A DNA stretch of 64,000 bases from contig JAKSBN010000445.1 of the NCBI GenBank assembly GCA_022361175.1, forward strand, positions 32,064 to 96,063. The letters run 5' to 3'. Source of the stretch: Pseudomonadota bacterium. GTDB taxonomy: Bacteria; Myxococcota_A; UBA9160; UBA4427. Position numbers and translations under genes: made by a program. Every line of letters starts with the position of its first letter. Positions within the stretch are counted from its first letter, which is position 1. The notes under the pieces were generated by a model that was not told the origin of the DNA, did no database searches, and saw only the letters and a list, made by a program, of their open reading frames with translations. Shown here piece after piece: positions 38,946-50,853 of the stretch.

Positions 38946-40280
38946 CTAGCCGGTCGCGAAGGCCACCAGGTTGACGAGCGTCCGCCACGCCCCGATACAG
39001 AAAACGGCGAAGAGAATCACGGGAGCGATGAAGCGCAGGACGAAATACCAACCGGCGTAGCCCCGCCAGCCTCCGGCTCCGGCGTGAAATTCGCGGCTCG
39101 GGTCCTGGACGACCCAGCCCGTGAAGATCGCCAGGGCCAAGCCGCCTCCCAGCAGCAGGACGTTGTTGGCCACCTGGTCCATGAGATCGAGCACGCCCAA
39201 GTTCCAGGCCGCCGGTGTTCCCACGAGGGCGATCGCGCCACCCAGCACGAGCGCCGCCCGGCGGCGTGTCCAGCCGAGCGTGTCGATGGCGGAGGAGACG
39301 ACGACCTCCAGTAGAGACATGGCCGAAGTCAACGCTCCCACCACCAGCGCCATGAAGAAAGCGACGCCCACGATGCGCCCGGCCTCGCCCATGCTGGCAA
39401 ATGCCTTCGGCAGGGTGACGAAGAGCGCGCCCAGCGTGCTCCCGCCCACGTCCTCCGAGAGCCCCAGCGCGAAGATCAGGGGGAAGACCATCAGGCCGGC
39501 GACGAAGGCGACGCCCATGTCGGCGCCGGCGATCATGCCCGCTTCCTTCGGCAGGTCGTGGTCCCGCGGCAGATAGCTGGCGAAGGTGAGCATGGCGCCC
39601 ATGCCGAGGCTCAGGCTGAAGAAAGCCTGGCTCGCGGCGTCCACCAGCACGTCCAGGTCGAGCACGTTGGCCACGTCGAGGTTCAGGTAGTAGCGATAGC
39701 CGTCGCCCGCTCCGGAGAGGGTGGAGGCGTACACGGCGATCCCCACGACCAGAACGAACAGCAGCGGCATCATCACCAGGGACACGCGCTCGATGCCGCG
39801 CTTGACGCCGCCGGCGACGACGCCGACCGTGAGGGCCATGAAGGCGAGGTGGAACCCGAACGCGTCCCACCCCGACGAGACCTCGCCGAAGTAGTCGCCC
39901 GGGTTCTCCGGATACCCCGTGGCCACGGCGGAGAGCGCATAGCGCACGGTCCAGCCGGCGATCACGCTGTAGTACGCCAGAATGGTGAAGCCGGCGACCA
40001 CGAAGACACCGCCGAGTGCGCGCCAGCGCTGGCCGCCGTAGTGGGCCAGCGCCAGAATCGGGCTGCGACCCGAGCCGCGGCCCACGATGAGCTCGGCCAC
40101 CAGCACGGGCAGTCCTACCATCAGCGTGAGCAGCAGATAGAGCGCCACGAACGCGGCGCCCCCCTTCTCGGCCGTCATGTACGAGAAGCGCCACATGTTG
40201 CCCAGACCGACCGCCGATCCGACCGCGGCCAGCACGAACCCCGTGCGGCTGGACCACTGTTCACGCGCCGCCGATGCCAT
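38946..40280 (-). CDS. Sodium-dependent transporter, NSS/SNF family
   Basis: REQWSSR, GSAVGLGNMWRFSY, QAFFSLSLGMG. Confidence 0.95.
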   Translation of the reverse strand: MASAAREQWSSRTGFVLAAVGSAVGLGNMWRFSYMTAEKGGAAFVALYLLLTLMVGLPVLVAELIVGRGSGRSPILALAHYGGQRWRALGGVFVVAGFTILAYYSVIAGWTVRYALSAVATGYPENPGDYFGEVSSGWDAFGFHLAFMALTVGVVAGGVKRGIERVSLVMMPLLFVLVVGIAVYASTLSGAGDGYRYYLNLDVANVLDLDVLVDAASQAFFSLSLGMGAMLTFASYLPRDHDLPKEAGMIAGADMGVAFVAGLMVFPLIFALGLSEDVGGSTLGALFVTLPKAFASMGEAGRIVGVAFFMALVVGALTSAMSLLEVVVSSAIDTLGWTRRRAALVLGGAIALVGTPAAWNLGVLDLMDQVANNVLLLGGGLALAIFTGWVVQDPSREFHAGAGGWRGYAGWYFVLRFIAPVILFAVFCIGAWRTLVNLVAFATG

Positions 40281-40411
40281 GTGAATCCCCCACTCCGCGG
40301 CACAGCATATGCGCGCGAACCGCTGGGATCAATCGCGGCGGACCGCATCGCGAAATGGGAGAGGCCGGGGTCGACCTCTCGACCCCGGCCTCTCTGCGTG
40401 ACCCGTGACGA

Positions 40412-42752
<2,341 letters not shown>

Positions 42753-42889
42753 GCGAGGGCTTCCTCCGAGCGTCATTCTACGAGCCGAGGCCGGCCGAGG
42801 GGAAGTCTGCGGCGACGCCCGTGGCAGCCGCGGGCCGGAGGCAGTACAACGCGTCAGGGCGCGGCCTCAACGCGCCGTCGGAGGACGAA

Positions 42890-45454
42890 GTGGCTCGCGA
42901 CACCCGACATTCACGCACCTCGTACCGGCTGGACCCGAACGTGCGGCCGCTCCGGGTGGCCGTCCACGTGGAGCTCGATCCGGAACGCGGCGACCGTTTT
43001 CGCGGCCACGTGCGCATGGACGTGGCACTGGACGCTCCCGCAAACCGCATCGCCCTGCACGCCGCCGATCTGCGCGTGACGCGACCGCGCGTCGAAGTGG
43101 GAGGTCGCCGCCAGCGTCTGCGGATGCGCCTCGAGCCGGATCGGGAGCGCGTGGTGCTCGAGTTCGAGTCGCCGTTGCCGGCAGGCCGCGCCGTGCTGGA
43201 GCTCGCCTACGCGGGTCGCCTTCGCCGCGACCTCTGCGGACTCTACGCCGCTCGGTCCGGCGACGACCGCTACGCCTTCACGCAGCTGGAGCCCGCCGAC
43301 GCCCGCAAGTTCTTTCCCTGCTTCGACGAGCCGGACAAGAAGGCGCCCTTCACACTCTCCGTGACGACGGCCGCCCACCACGCCGTGGTCTCGAACGCGC
43401 CGGTGGCGCGGAAGGAGATCCTCGCCGACGGGCGCCAGCACGTGACCTTCGCTCCCACACCCCCGCTCTCCAGCTATCTGGTCGCGTTGGCGGTCGGCAA
43501 CCTGGTGGCGTCCCGACGAGTTTGGGTGGGAGACACGGCCATTCGCGTGTGGAGCGTGCCCGGCAAGCGCCGGCTGGCGCGCTTCGGTCTGGAAGCGGCG
43601 CGCGAGTGCCTGGCCCGACTCGAACGCTACTTCGCGCTGCCCTACCCGTACGCCAAGCTCGACTTGGTGGCGGTGCCGGACTTCGAGTTCGGCGCCATGG
43701 AGAACGCCGGCGCCGTCTTCTTCCGCGAGACGTTGCTGCTGCTGGACGACAAGCGCGCGACGCTTGCCGAGAAGAAACGCGCGGCCGAGGTCATCTGCCA
43801 CGAACTCGCGCACATGTGGTATGGCGACCTGGTGACCATGGCGTGGTGGGACGACCTGTGGTTGAACGAGGCCTTCGCCACCTGGATGGCGTTTCACGTC
43901 GTCGACCAGTGGAAACCCGAGTGGCGCATGTGGCACGACTTCCAACACGGCCGCGCAGCCGCCCTCGACCTGGACGGGTTGTCGAATACGCACCCGATCT
44001 ACTGCACCGTCCGCACGCCGGAGGACGCCAACGCGAACTTCGACCTCATCACCTACGAAAAGGGCGCAAGCGTCGTTCGCATGCTGGAACGCTTTCTGGG
44101 CCGCGCCGCCTTCCGCAAGGGCGTCCGCCGCTACATCCGGCGCCACCGCGAGGGCAACGCGGTAGCGGCCGATCTCTGGACCGCGCTTTCGGAGGCCTCG
44201 GGCGTCGGCGTCGAACCCATCGTGCGCGCCTGGATCGAGCAGCCGGGACACCCCGTGGTCTCGATCCGAACGGGCGCGGGCGGGGCGTTGACCCTGCGCC
44301 AGGAGCGCTTCCGGGAACGGAACAAGGGGCGGAGCCGCGAACGCTGGCCGGTGCCCGTGGTGCTGCGGGTGGGTGCGGGCAGAGGGCGGGGTACACGCGA
44401 AGAAAGGGTCCTGCTGGAGCGCGCGTCGCAGTCCTTCCGCCTGCGCCGAGGCTCTTTCGTGTACGGCAACGCCCTGGAGTCCGGCTTCTTTCGACCGCTG
44501 CACGCATCCGGCGACTGGACGAAGCTCGTGGCGGCCGTCAAACGGCTGCGCCCGATCGAACGGATGGGGCTCTTGGACCACCAATGGGCTCTAGCGCGCA
44601 CCGGGCGGGCCCCGCTGTCGCAGCTGCTCGACGTCGTCGACGCGCTCTCGCGGGAACGCGACGCCGACGTGCTGGCGTCGCTCGTGCAAGTGCTGGCCGC
44701 GCTCGCCGATCCGGTCGCGGCGAGCGGCGGCGCCGGCCTGGAGGCCCGGCTCGAACGCTTCGCAGCCGCGCGCTTCGGCCCCGCCCTCCGGCGACTCGGC
44801 CTCGCTGCGGTACCGGGCGAGTCCGAGGACGCGCGCGTGCGGCGCGCCACCCTCTTCCGGCTGGTGGGCGGCCTGGGCCGCGATCCGGCCGTGCTCGCGG
44901 CGGCCGCCCGGCTGACCGAGCGGGCGCTCGGCGGCCGGCGGGTCGAGCCCAACCTGCTGGAACCGGCGCTCTACTTGGCCGGTCGCGACGGAGACCCCGC
45001 CCTCTACGCCGCGTACGCCGCCGCGCGAGAGACGGCGGCCACGCCCCAGGAAGAGCGGCGCTTCCTGGTGGGACTCGGCACCTTCGAGGCGCCGGCCTTG
45101 GTCGAGCGCTCTCTGCGACTGTCGCTGTCGGGCCGGGTGGCCACCCAGGACGTCGTGATCCTGTTGGCCCGGCTCTTGGCCAACCGGGCCGCCAGAGAGC
45201 GCACCTGGGCGTATCTCCAGGAGCATTGGCCCCGGGTGCGCAAGGCGGTGCCTCCGCTGCTGGCGGGGCGCCTCATCTCGGCCACGCTGGCTCTGGGGAC
45301 GCGGCGCCACCGGACCGAGGTGGCCCGCTTCTTTCGCGCCCATCCACTGCCGGCCGGGGAACGCGCCCTGCGCCAGACCCTCGAGCGCTTCGACGCCCTG
45401 GCCGAGAGCCGCCGGCGCCTGGTGACCGAGCTCGACGCGGCGCTTCCGGACTGA
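42890..45454 (+). CDS. M1 family aminopeptidase (ERAP1-like C-terminus)
   Basis: GGAGG + GTG; FPCFDEP, GAMEN, HELAHMW, WLNEAFA, YEKG. Confidence 0.93.
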   Translation: MARDTRHSRTSYRLDPNVRPLRVAVHVELDPERGDRFRGHVRMDVALDAPANRIALHAADLRVTRPRVEVGGRRQRLRMRLEPDRERVVLEFESPLPAGRAVLELAYAGRLRRDLCGLYAARSGDDRYAFTQLEPADARKFFPCFDEPDKKAPFTLSVTTAAHHAVVSNAPVARKEILADGRQHVTFAPTPPLSSYLVALAVGNLVASRRVWVGDTAIRVWSVPGKRRLARFGLEAARECLARLERYFALPYPYAKLDLVAVPDFEFGAMENAGAVFFRETLLLLDDKRATLAEKKRAAEVICHELAHMWYGDLVTMAWWDDLWLNEAFATWMAFHVVDQWKPEWRMWHDFQHGRAAALDLDGLSNTHPIYCTVRTPEDANANFDLITYEKGASVVRMLERFLGRAAFRKGVRRYIRRHREGNAVAADLWTALSEASGVGVEPIVRAWIEQPGHPVVSIRTGAGGALTLRQERFRERNKGRSRERWPVPVVLRVGAGRGRGTREERVLLERASQSFRLRRGSFVYGNALESGFFRPLHASGDWTKLVAAVKRLRPIERMGLLDHQWALARTGRAPLSQLLDVVDALSRERDADVLASLVQVLAALADPVAASGGAGLEARLERFAAARFGPALRRLGLAAVPGESEDARVRRATLFRLVGGLGRDPAVLAAAARLTERALGGRRVEPNLLEPALYLAGRDGDPALYAAYAAARETAATPQEERRFLVGLGTFEAPALVERSLRLSLSGRVATQDVVILLARLLANRAARERTWAYLQEHWPRVRKAVPPLLAGRLISATLALGTRRHRTEVARFFRAHPLPAGERALRQTLERFDALAESRRRLVTELDAALPD

Positions 45455-45555
45455 CGCCCCCGCCGCCGCCCCCCCGTCCAAGGTCGGCCGAGCCCCTTGA
45501 CCGCACCCCGACTTTCGTTCTACTTTCGCCATCGGGTGCTCGCGGAGAAAACGAC

Positions 45556-46644
45556 ATGTCCACGAGTCCGCTCACGCCGGCCTACAAGGGCCGGGGCAGC
45601 GCCGAGAACCCGACCTCCCGTTTCGAGCGTCTCACGACGCACGTAGAGCCCCAGGATCTGGACAACCACGGACAGCCGGATGCGCCGGAGACGGTGTACC
45701 TGCGCGACCCGTCGCGCTCGATCGTGGCCTTCAACACCAGCCCGGACGTGGGCTTCAACGCCAGCGTGAATCCCTACCGGGGCTGCGAGCACGGCTGCAT
45801 CTACTGCTACGCGCGGCCCACGCACGAGTACCTGGGCTTCTCGGCGGGCCTCGACTTCGAGAGCCGCATTCTGGTGAAGGAGGAGGCGCCGGCGCTGCTG
45901 CGACGCGAGCTGTCGAGCCGCCGCTGGAAGCCCCAGGTCGTGGGTCTGTCCGGCGTGACCGACTGCTATCAGCCGATCGAACGGCGCCTGGGATTGACGC
46001 GGCGCTGTCTCGAGGTCTTCCTGGACTTTCGAAACCCCGTCACCCTGATCACCAAGAGCGCGCTCGTCACGCGCGACGTGGATCGACTGGCGGCCCTGGC
46101 CGAGCGGGATCTCGTCTCGGTGAGTCTGTCCATCACCACGCTCGACGGCGAGCTTCATCGCCGGTTGGAGCCTCGGGCTTCCCACCCGCTGCAGCGGCTG
46201 CGCGCCATCGAGGTCTTGGCCGACGCCGGGGTGCCCGTGGGCGTGAACGTCGCCCCCGTCATCCCCGGTCTGAACGACCACGAGATCCCGGCGATCTGCA
46301 AGGCCGCGGCGAAGGCGGGTGCTCGTTTCGGCGGTCGCATCCTGTTGCGGCTCCCGTACGGCGTGAAGGATCTCTTCGAGCAGTGGCTCGAGCGCCACTA
46401 CCCGGCACGGCGCAAGAAGGTCCTGAGCCGACTGCGCGGCATGCGCGGGGGCCAGCTCAACGACTCGGCCTTCGGTTCGCGCATGCGGGGAGACGGCTTC
46501 TTCGCGGACCACCTGGCGCGCCTGTTCGCGCTGTCGGCGAGGAAGGCGGGGCTCGGCGAGCATCCCGCTCTTCGCACCGACGCCTTTCGCGCACCCGGGG
46601 ATGCACAACTCGGCCTCTTCGCCCCGACGAGTCGACAGCGGTAG
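45556..46644 (+). CDS. PA0069-type radical SAM protein (spore photoproduct lyase-like)
   Basis: NPYRGCEHGCIYCYARPTHEYL (CxxxCxxC), TDCYQP; C-terminal QLGLF. Confidence 0.9.
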   Translation: MSTSPLTPAYKGRGSAENPTSRFERLTTHVEPQDLDNHGQPDAPETVYLRDPSRSIVAFNTSPDVGFNASVNPYRGCEHGCIYCYARPTHEYLGFSAGLDFESRILVKEEAPALLRRELSSRRWKPQVVGLSGVTDCYQPIERRLGLTRRCLEVFLDFRNPVTLITKSALVTRDVDRLAALAERDLVSVSLSITTLDGELHRRLEPRASHPLQRLRAIEVLADAGVPVGVNVAPVIPGLNDHEIPAICKAAAKAGARFGGRILLRLPYGVKDLFEQWLERHYPARRKKVLSRLRGMRGGQLNDSAFGSRMRGDGFFADHLARLFALSARKAGLGEHPALRTDAFRAPGDAQLGLFAPTSRQR

Positions 46645-46680
46645 CATGCGACTTCGCCGACCGGGCCGGCGAAGGGGGCA

Positions 46681-48435
46681 GTGGTGGCAGACGCGCAGGC
46701 GCTCGCGGGCATCTTGCGCCGCATCGACGGGCGAGGCTACAAGGCCTATCGCGAGCTGGGCGGCGCCTTCGAGCTCGACGGGCTGAAGCTCTTCGTCGAT
46801 CACGTACAGGGAGACCCCTTCGCCGCGCCTTCGAAGATGCGCATTCGGGTCCCCATGGAGCGCGCCGGCCTGGACGAGACGTTGCGCCGCACCCGCGTTC
46901 AGCGGGTGGCGCTCGCCGACTTCCTGGCTCGCCAGTGCCGGGCCGCCATCGGCCGCTTGCCGAGGCTGGGCGGTCCACGCGGGAGCGGCCGCAGTCATGT
47001 GCTGCGGATCGACGCCGGCGGCCAGGAAGTCTTGGAGCGAAGCGCAGTCGTCGTGACCGATGCCTTCGTGGAAGCCCGCCTTCACGTGGGGCTTCCGGCC
47101 GACGGGCGGCGCGTGCTGGGACGCCGGGCCGAGGTGATCCTGTTGGAGCAGCTTCCGCAGATCGCCCGCGAGGCGCTGTGTGCCGAGTCGCACTCGCCCG
47201 AGGAGGTTCACGGCTTCGTCGAGTGCATCGAGAACCAGGAGGCCATTCGGGCGCGCCTGCCCGAGCTCGGCCTGGTGGCCTTCGTGGCCAACGGATCCGT
47301 GCTGCCGCGCGAGAGCGGAGCCAGCGACCGCCCCCTCGCCTCCGGTGCCGTCGCCTTCGAATCGCCCGAGAGCCTGGAAGTGACCCTGCCGCTAGAGCAT
47401 CCCGTGGCCGGATCCCGCGAGATCCGGGGAATGGGCATCCCAGAGGGCGTGACGCTGATCGTGGGAGGCGGCTATCACGGAAAGTCGACGTTGCTCCGGG
47501 CCCTCGAACGCGGCGTCTACCCCCACGTTCCGGGCGACGGGCGGGAGTGGGTCGTGTCGCGGCCCGATCTGGTCAAGGTGCGCGCCGAGGACGGTCGCCG
47601 CGTCGAACGCGTCGACATCTCGGGCTTCATCGACCGCTTGCCGGGCGGACGCGAAACGCGCTCGTTCCGGAGCGACGACGCCAGCGGCAGTACGAGCCAG
47701 GCCGCCAACATCGCAGAAGCCATCGAAGCCGGCGCCCGCGGCATCCTGCTCGACGAGGACACCTCCGCCACGAACTTCATGGTGCGAGATGCCCGCATGC
47801 AGGCTCTCGTTCACCGCGAACACGAGCCCATCACCCCGTTCGTCGACCGGATCCGCGAACTCTACGAGGCCTTCGGGGTCTCGACCGTGCTGGTCATGGG
47901 CGGCTGCGGCGACTACTTCGACGTGGCCGACCGCGTGCTCGCCCTGCGCGAGTTCGTGCCGCGGGACGCCACCGAGGAGGCCGGGCAGGTGGCGACCTCC
48001 CATCCCAGCACGCGCTCGCGCGAGGCGCCGAGCCCCCTCGCCCGCAGCGCCGCGCGCGTTCCCGAGTCGCAGAGCTTCGACGCTTCGCGGGGTCGGCGCG
48101 ACGTCAAAGTACAGGCCCGCGGCACCCACGAGCTCGTCTACGGCAGCCAGGAGATCGACCTGCGCGGACTCGAGCAGCTCATCGACCCGAGCCAGACGCG
48201 CGCGATCGGATTCGCCCTGGTTCGGGCCGCCCGCGACTGGATGCGGGACGGCGCGCCGCTTCACCGCGTCCTCGATGCCGTCGAGCACGAACTCGACGAA
48301 CGCGGGGTCGACGGACTCGAGCCGTTCGGCCGCGGCGGCCACCCCGGCGATCTGGCCCGCCCGCGCCGGTTCGAGGTCGCTGGCGCCATCAACCGGCTGC
48401 GCTCGCTGCGGATGGCCCCTCCGAACGACGCCTAG
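46681..48435 (+). CDS. ABC-class ATPase domain protein (COG3044 type, no membrane partner)
   Basis: IDGRGYKAY, HVQGDPFAAPS, Walker A GGGYHGKST, ASGSTSQAA, LLDEDTSATNFM. Confidence 0.88.
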   Translation: MVADAQALAGILRRIDGRGYKAYRELGGAFELDGLKLFVDHVQGDPFAAPSKMRIRVPMERAGLDETLRRTRVQRVALADFLARQCRAAIGRLPRLGGPRGSGRSHVLRIDAGGQEVLERSAVVVTDAFVEARLHVGLPADGRRVLGRRAEVILLEQLPQIAREALCAESHSPEEVHGFVECIENQEAIRARLPELGLVAFVANGSVLPRESGASDRPLASGAVAFESPESLEVTLPLEHPVAGSREIRGMGIPEGVTLIVGGGYHGKSTLLRALERGVYPHVPGDGREWVVSRPDLVKVRAEDGRRVERVDISGFIDRLPGGRETRSFRSDDASGSTSQAANIAEAIEAGARGILLDEDTSATNFMVRDARMQALVHREHEPITPFVDRIRELYEAFGVSTVLVMGGCGDYFDVADRVLALREFVPRDATEEAGQVATSHPSTRSREAPSPLARSAARVPESQSFDASRGRRDVKVQARGTHELVYGSQEIDLRGLEQLIDPSQTRAIGFALVRAARDWMRDGAPLHRVLDAVEHELDERGVDGLEPFGRGGHPGDLARPRRFEVAGAINRLRSLRMAPPNDA

Positions 48436-48439
48436 GGCG

Positions 48440-49519
48440 CTACCAGTCGGCGAGGACCGCGGTGCGCTCGCGATGCGTCGCCGGGGTTCCGAGAAACGCG
48501 CGATCGAAGAGCGAACGCTTGAACCAAATCTGGACGTCGCACTCCCAAGTGAAGCCGATGCCGCCGTGGGCCTCGACGGCGTCGCGAGCCACCTGAGCGA
48601 AGACGTCCGTCACGTGCGCCTTTGCGATGGCTGCCGCACGCTCCGCCTCTTCGGGCAGGTGATCGAAGGCGTGGGCGGCGTACCAGGCGAGGCCGCGCGC
48701 CGGCTCCACCTGAACGGCCATGTTGGCGAGCTGATGCTTCAGTGCCTGGAAGTGGCCGATCTTCACCCCGAACTGCTCGCGCGTCTTGGCGTACTCGACG
48801 CACATGTCCAACAGCCGGAGCGCGCCGCCCCAGGCGTCCGCGGCCACCAGCACGAGACCAGCGTCCCGCACCCGCGGCGCCGCGGCCGCGCCGTTCTCCA
48901 GGGCCTCAGCGGGGGCTCCGTCGAAGTCGACGGTGTCGAGCGGCCGGGTCCGATCGATGGACTCCGTCGCGTCCACGCGAACGCCGGAGGCCGAGGACTC
49001 CACCACGGATAGTCCGCCGCCGGCCGTTCCCACGACCAGCAGCGTCGCGGCACTCGCGGACGGCACGTGGCGCTTCTGCCCGGCGAGCTTGCCGTTGGCC
49101 GCCAGCTTCCATTGCTCGGGTCCCCAGCGCGCACCGCCTTCGGCCAACGCCACGCTGCCTACCGCGTCGCCCGTGGCGAGCCCGGGTAGCCAGCGCTTGC
49201 GCTGCGCGTCGCTGCCCCCGAGCGCGATGGCCAACGTCGCCAAGGTGTGCCCGAGGAAGGGGCCCGGAGCGCCGCGATACCCCAAGGTTTCCGCCGCCGC
49301 GGCGGCGTCCAGGAGTTCGAGCCCGGCGCCGCCGTTCTCCTCCGGCACCAACAGCCCAGCCAGGCCGAGCTCGGCCAGGGCGCTCCAGAGTTTCGCGTCG
49401 AAGACCTCGTCGCCGTCGTAGTACCGCTCGCGCAAAGTGACGGGCGGGCACTCGTTCTCCACGAATTGGTGGAGCGTCTCCTGCAGCAGAACCTGCTCTT
49501 CCGTGAGATCGAAATTCAC
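48440..49519 (-). CDS. Acyl-CoA dehydrogenase (short partner subunit)
   Basis: NFDLTEEQ, YAKTREQFGVKIGHFQALKH, HGGIGFTWE; GTGA overlap with upstream gene. Confidence 0.9.
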   Translation of the reverse strand: MNFDLTEEQVLLQETLHQFVENECPPVTLRERYYDGDEVFDAKLWSALAELGLAGLLVPEENGGAGLELLDAAAAAETLGYRGAPGPFLGHTLATLAIALGGSDAQRKRWLPGLATGDAVGSVALAEGGARWGPEQWKLAANGKLAGQKRHVPSASAATLLVVGTAGGGLSVVESSASGVRVDATESIDRTRPLDTVDFDGAPAEALENGAAAAPRVRDAGLVLVAADAWGGALRLLDMCVEYAKTREQFGVKIGHFQALKHQLANMAVQVEPARGLAWYAAHAFDHLPEEAERAAAIAKAHVTDVFAQVARDAVEAHGGIGFTWECDVQIWFKRSLFDRAFLGTPATHRERTAVLADW

Positions 49520-50724
49520 TTTCCGGCGCTCCTGTCCGCAGCCGCATCGCGGGGCAGCCCCAGGCCGCGCTCGGCGATGATGTTGCGCTGAATGTTGGCA
49601 GTGCCGCCCGCGACGGCGATCCCCAGGCTCCACATGTACTGGGTGATCCACCCGGGTGCATTCTGGATGGCGTCGCCGATGTCGCGCGCGCCGGGAGCCA
49701 CCAGGGCATCGTCCTCCAAGAGGTCGACGGCCAACTTGGCCACCTCGTGGCCGATGTTGGTCGACACGAGCTTGTTCATGAGGCCGAGGCGTCCGGGGCT
49801 CTCGTCCTTGGCGCTCTTCGTGAGCTGGTAGTAGCCGGAGTACTGGTGCGCTCGCACCAGCCCCTCCACCTGCGCCAGTCGCTGACGAACGGAGGGATCC
49901 TGGATCGCGGGGCGGCCGTTCCGCTCTACCTTCTTGGCCAGCGAGACGAGCCCGTGCAGGAGCGTTTCACTCTGGGCCGCGGCGCCGATGGAGTTGCGCT
50001 CGTGCTTGAGCGTCGTTCGCGACACCAGCCAACCTTCGCCCCGCTTGCCGACGATCCAGTCCTCGGGCGTGCGAACCTCGTTCAGGAACACCTCGTTGAA
50101 GTCCGCCGTGCCCGTCATCTGGCGCAGCGGCCGCACGTCGATGCCCGGCTGCTTCATGTCGATCAGCAGATAGGAGATGCCGGCGTGCTTGGGCGCATCC
50201 GGCTCGGTGCGGCACAGACAGAACATATAGTCCGCGTGCTGGGCTCCGCTGGTCCAGATCTTCTGGCCGGAGATGACCCATTCCCCGTCCACCAGCTCGC
50301 CCTTGGTCTTGAGCGAGGCGAGGTCGCTGCCCGAGCCCGGCTCGCTGTAGCCCTGGCACCAGGTGATCTCGCCGCCGATCGTACCCGGAACGAACTTCTC
50401 CTTCTGCCACTCCTCGCCGCGCTCCAGCAGCGTGGGGACCAGCATCATGGTGCCGATGCCGCGCGCCTCCATGGGGGCGTGAGCGCGACCGAACTCCTCG
50501 CGCAGGATCTGGGCCTCGATGACATCCGGCGGCTGCTCCGACCCGCCGTAGCGCTTGGGAATGTGGCGATTCAGGTACCCTTCCGCCGTGGCGCGCTCGC
50601 GAAACCGCACGACTTGCTCGGACCGGGACGCCCCATCCTCCTTCTGCGGAGGCCAGTTTGCTGCGAGAAACTCCCGCACGCGCTCCCGGTAGCGCTCGTA
50701 CTCGACTCCGTAACTCAGGTCCAT
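49516..50724 (-). CDS. Acyl-CoA dehydrogenase
   Basis: WCQGYSEPGSGSDLASL, GQKIWTS, FNEVFL, GGTANIQRNIIAERGLGLPR. Confidence 0.93.
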   Translation of the reverse strand: MDLSYGVEYERYRERVREFLAANWPPQKEDGASRSEQVVRFRERATAEGYLNRHIPKRYGGSEQPPDVIEAQILREEFGRAHAPMEARGIGTMMLVPTLLERGEEWQKEKFVPGTIGGEITWCQGYSEPGSGSDLASLKTKGELVDGEWVISGQKIWTSGAQHADYMFCLCRTEPDAPKHAGISYLLIDMKQPGIDVRPLRQMTGTADFNEVFLNEVRTPEDWIVGKRGEGWLVSRTTLKHERNSIGAAAQSETLLHGLVSLAKKVERNGRPAIQDPSVRQRLAQVEGLVRAHQYSGYYQLTKSAKDESPGRLGLMNKLVSTNIGHEVAKLAVDLLEDDALVAPGARDIGDAIQNAPGWITQYMWSLGIAVAGGTANIQRNIIAERGLGLPRDAAADRSAGK

Positions 50725-50853
50725 GGCTGTCCTCCGTCCTCCGCCGACTCCATTCTCGGGCGCTTCCGCCCACGGTTCAAGGTTGAGTCGACGGGGCCGA
50801 CGACCGATTGACCGCAGAGCCGGGCACCAGGAGCCGACACCCGGGGGAGGGAC

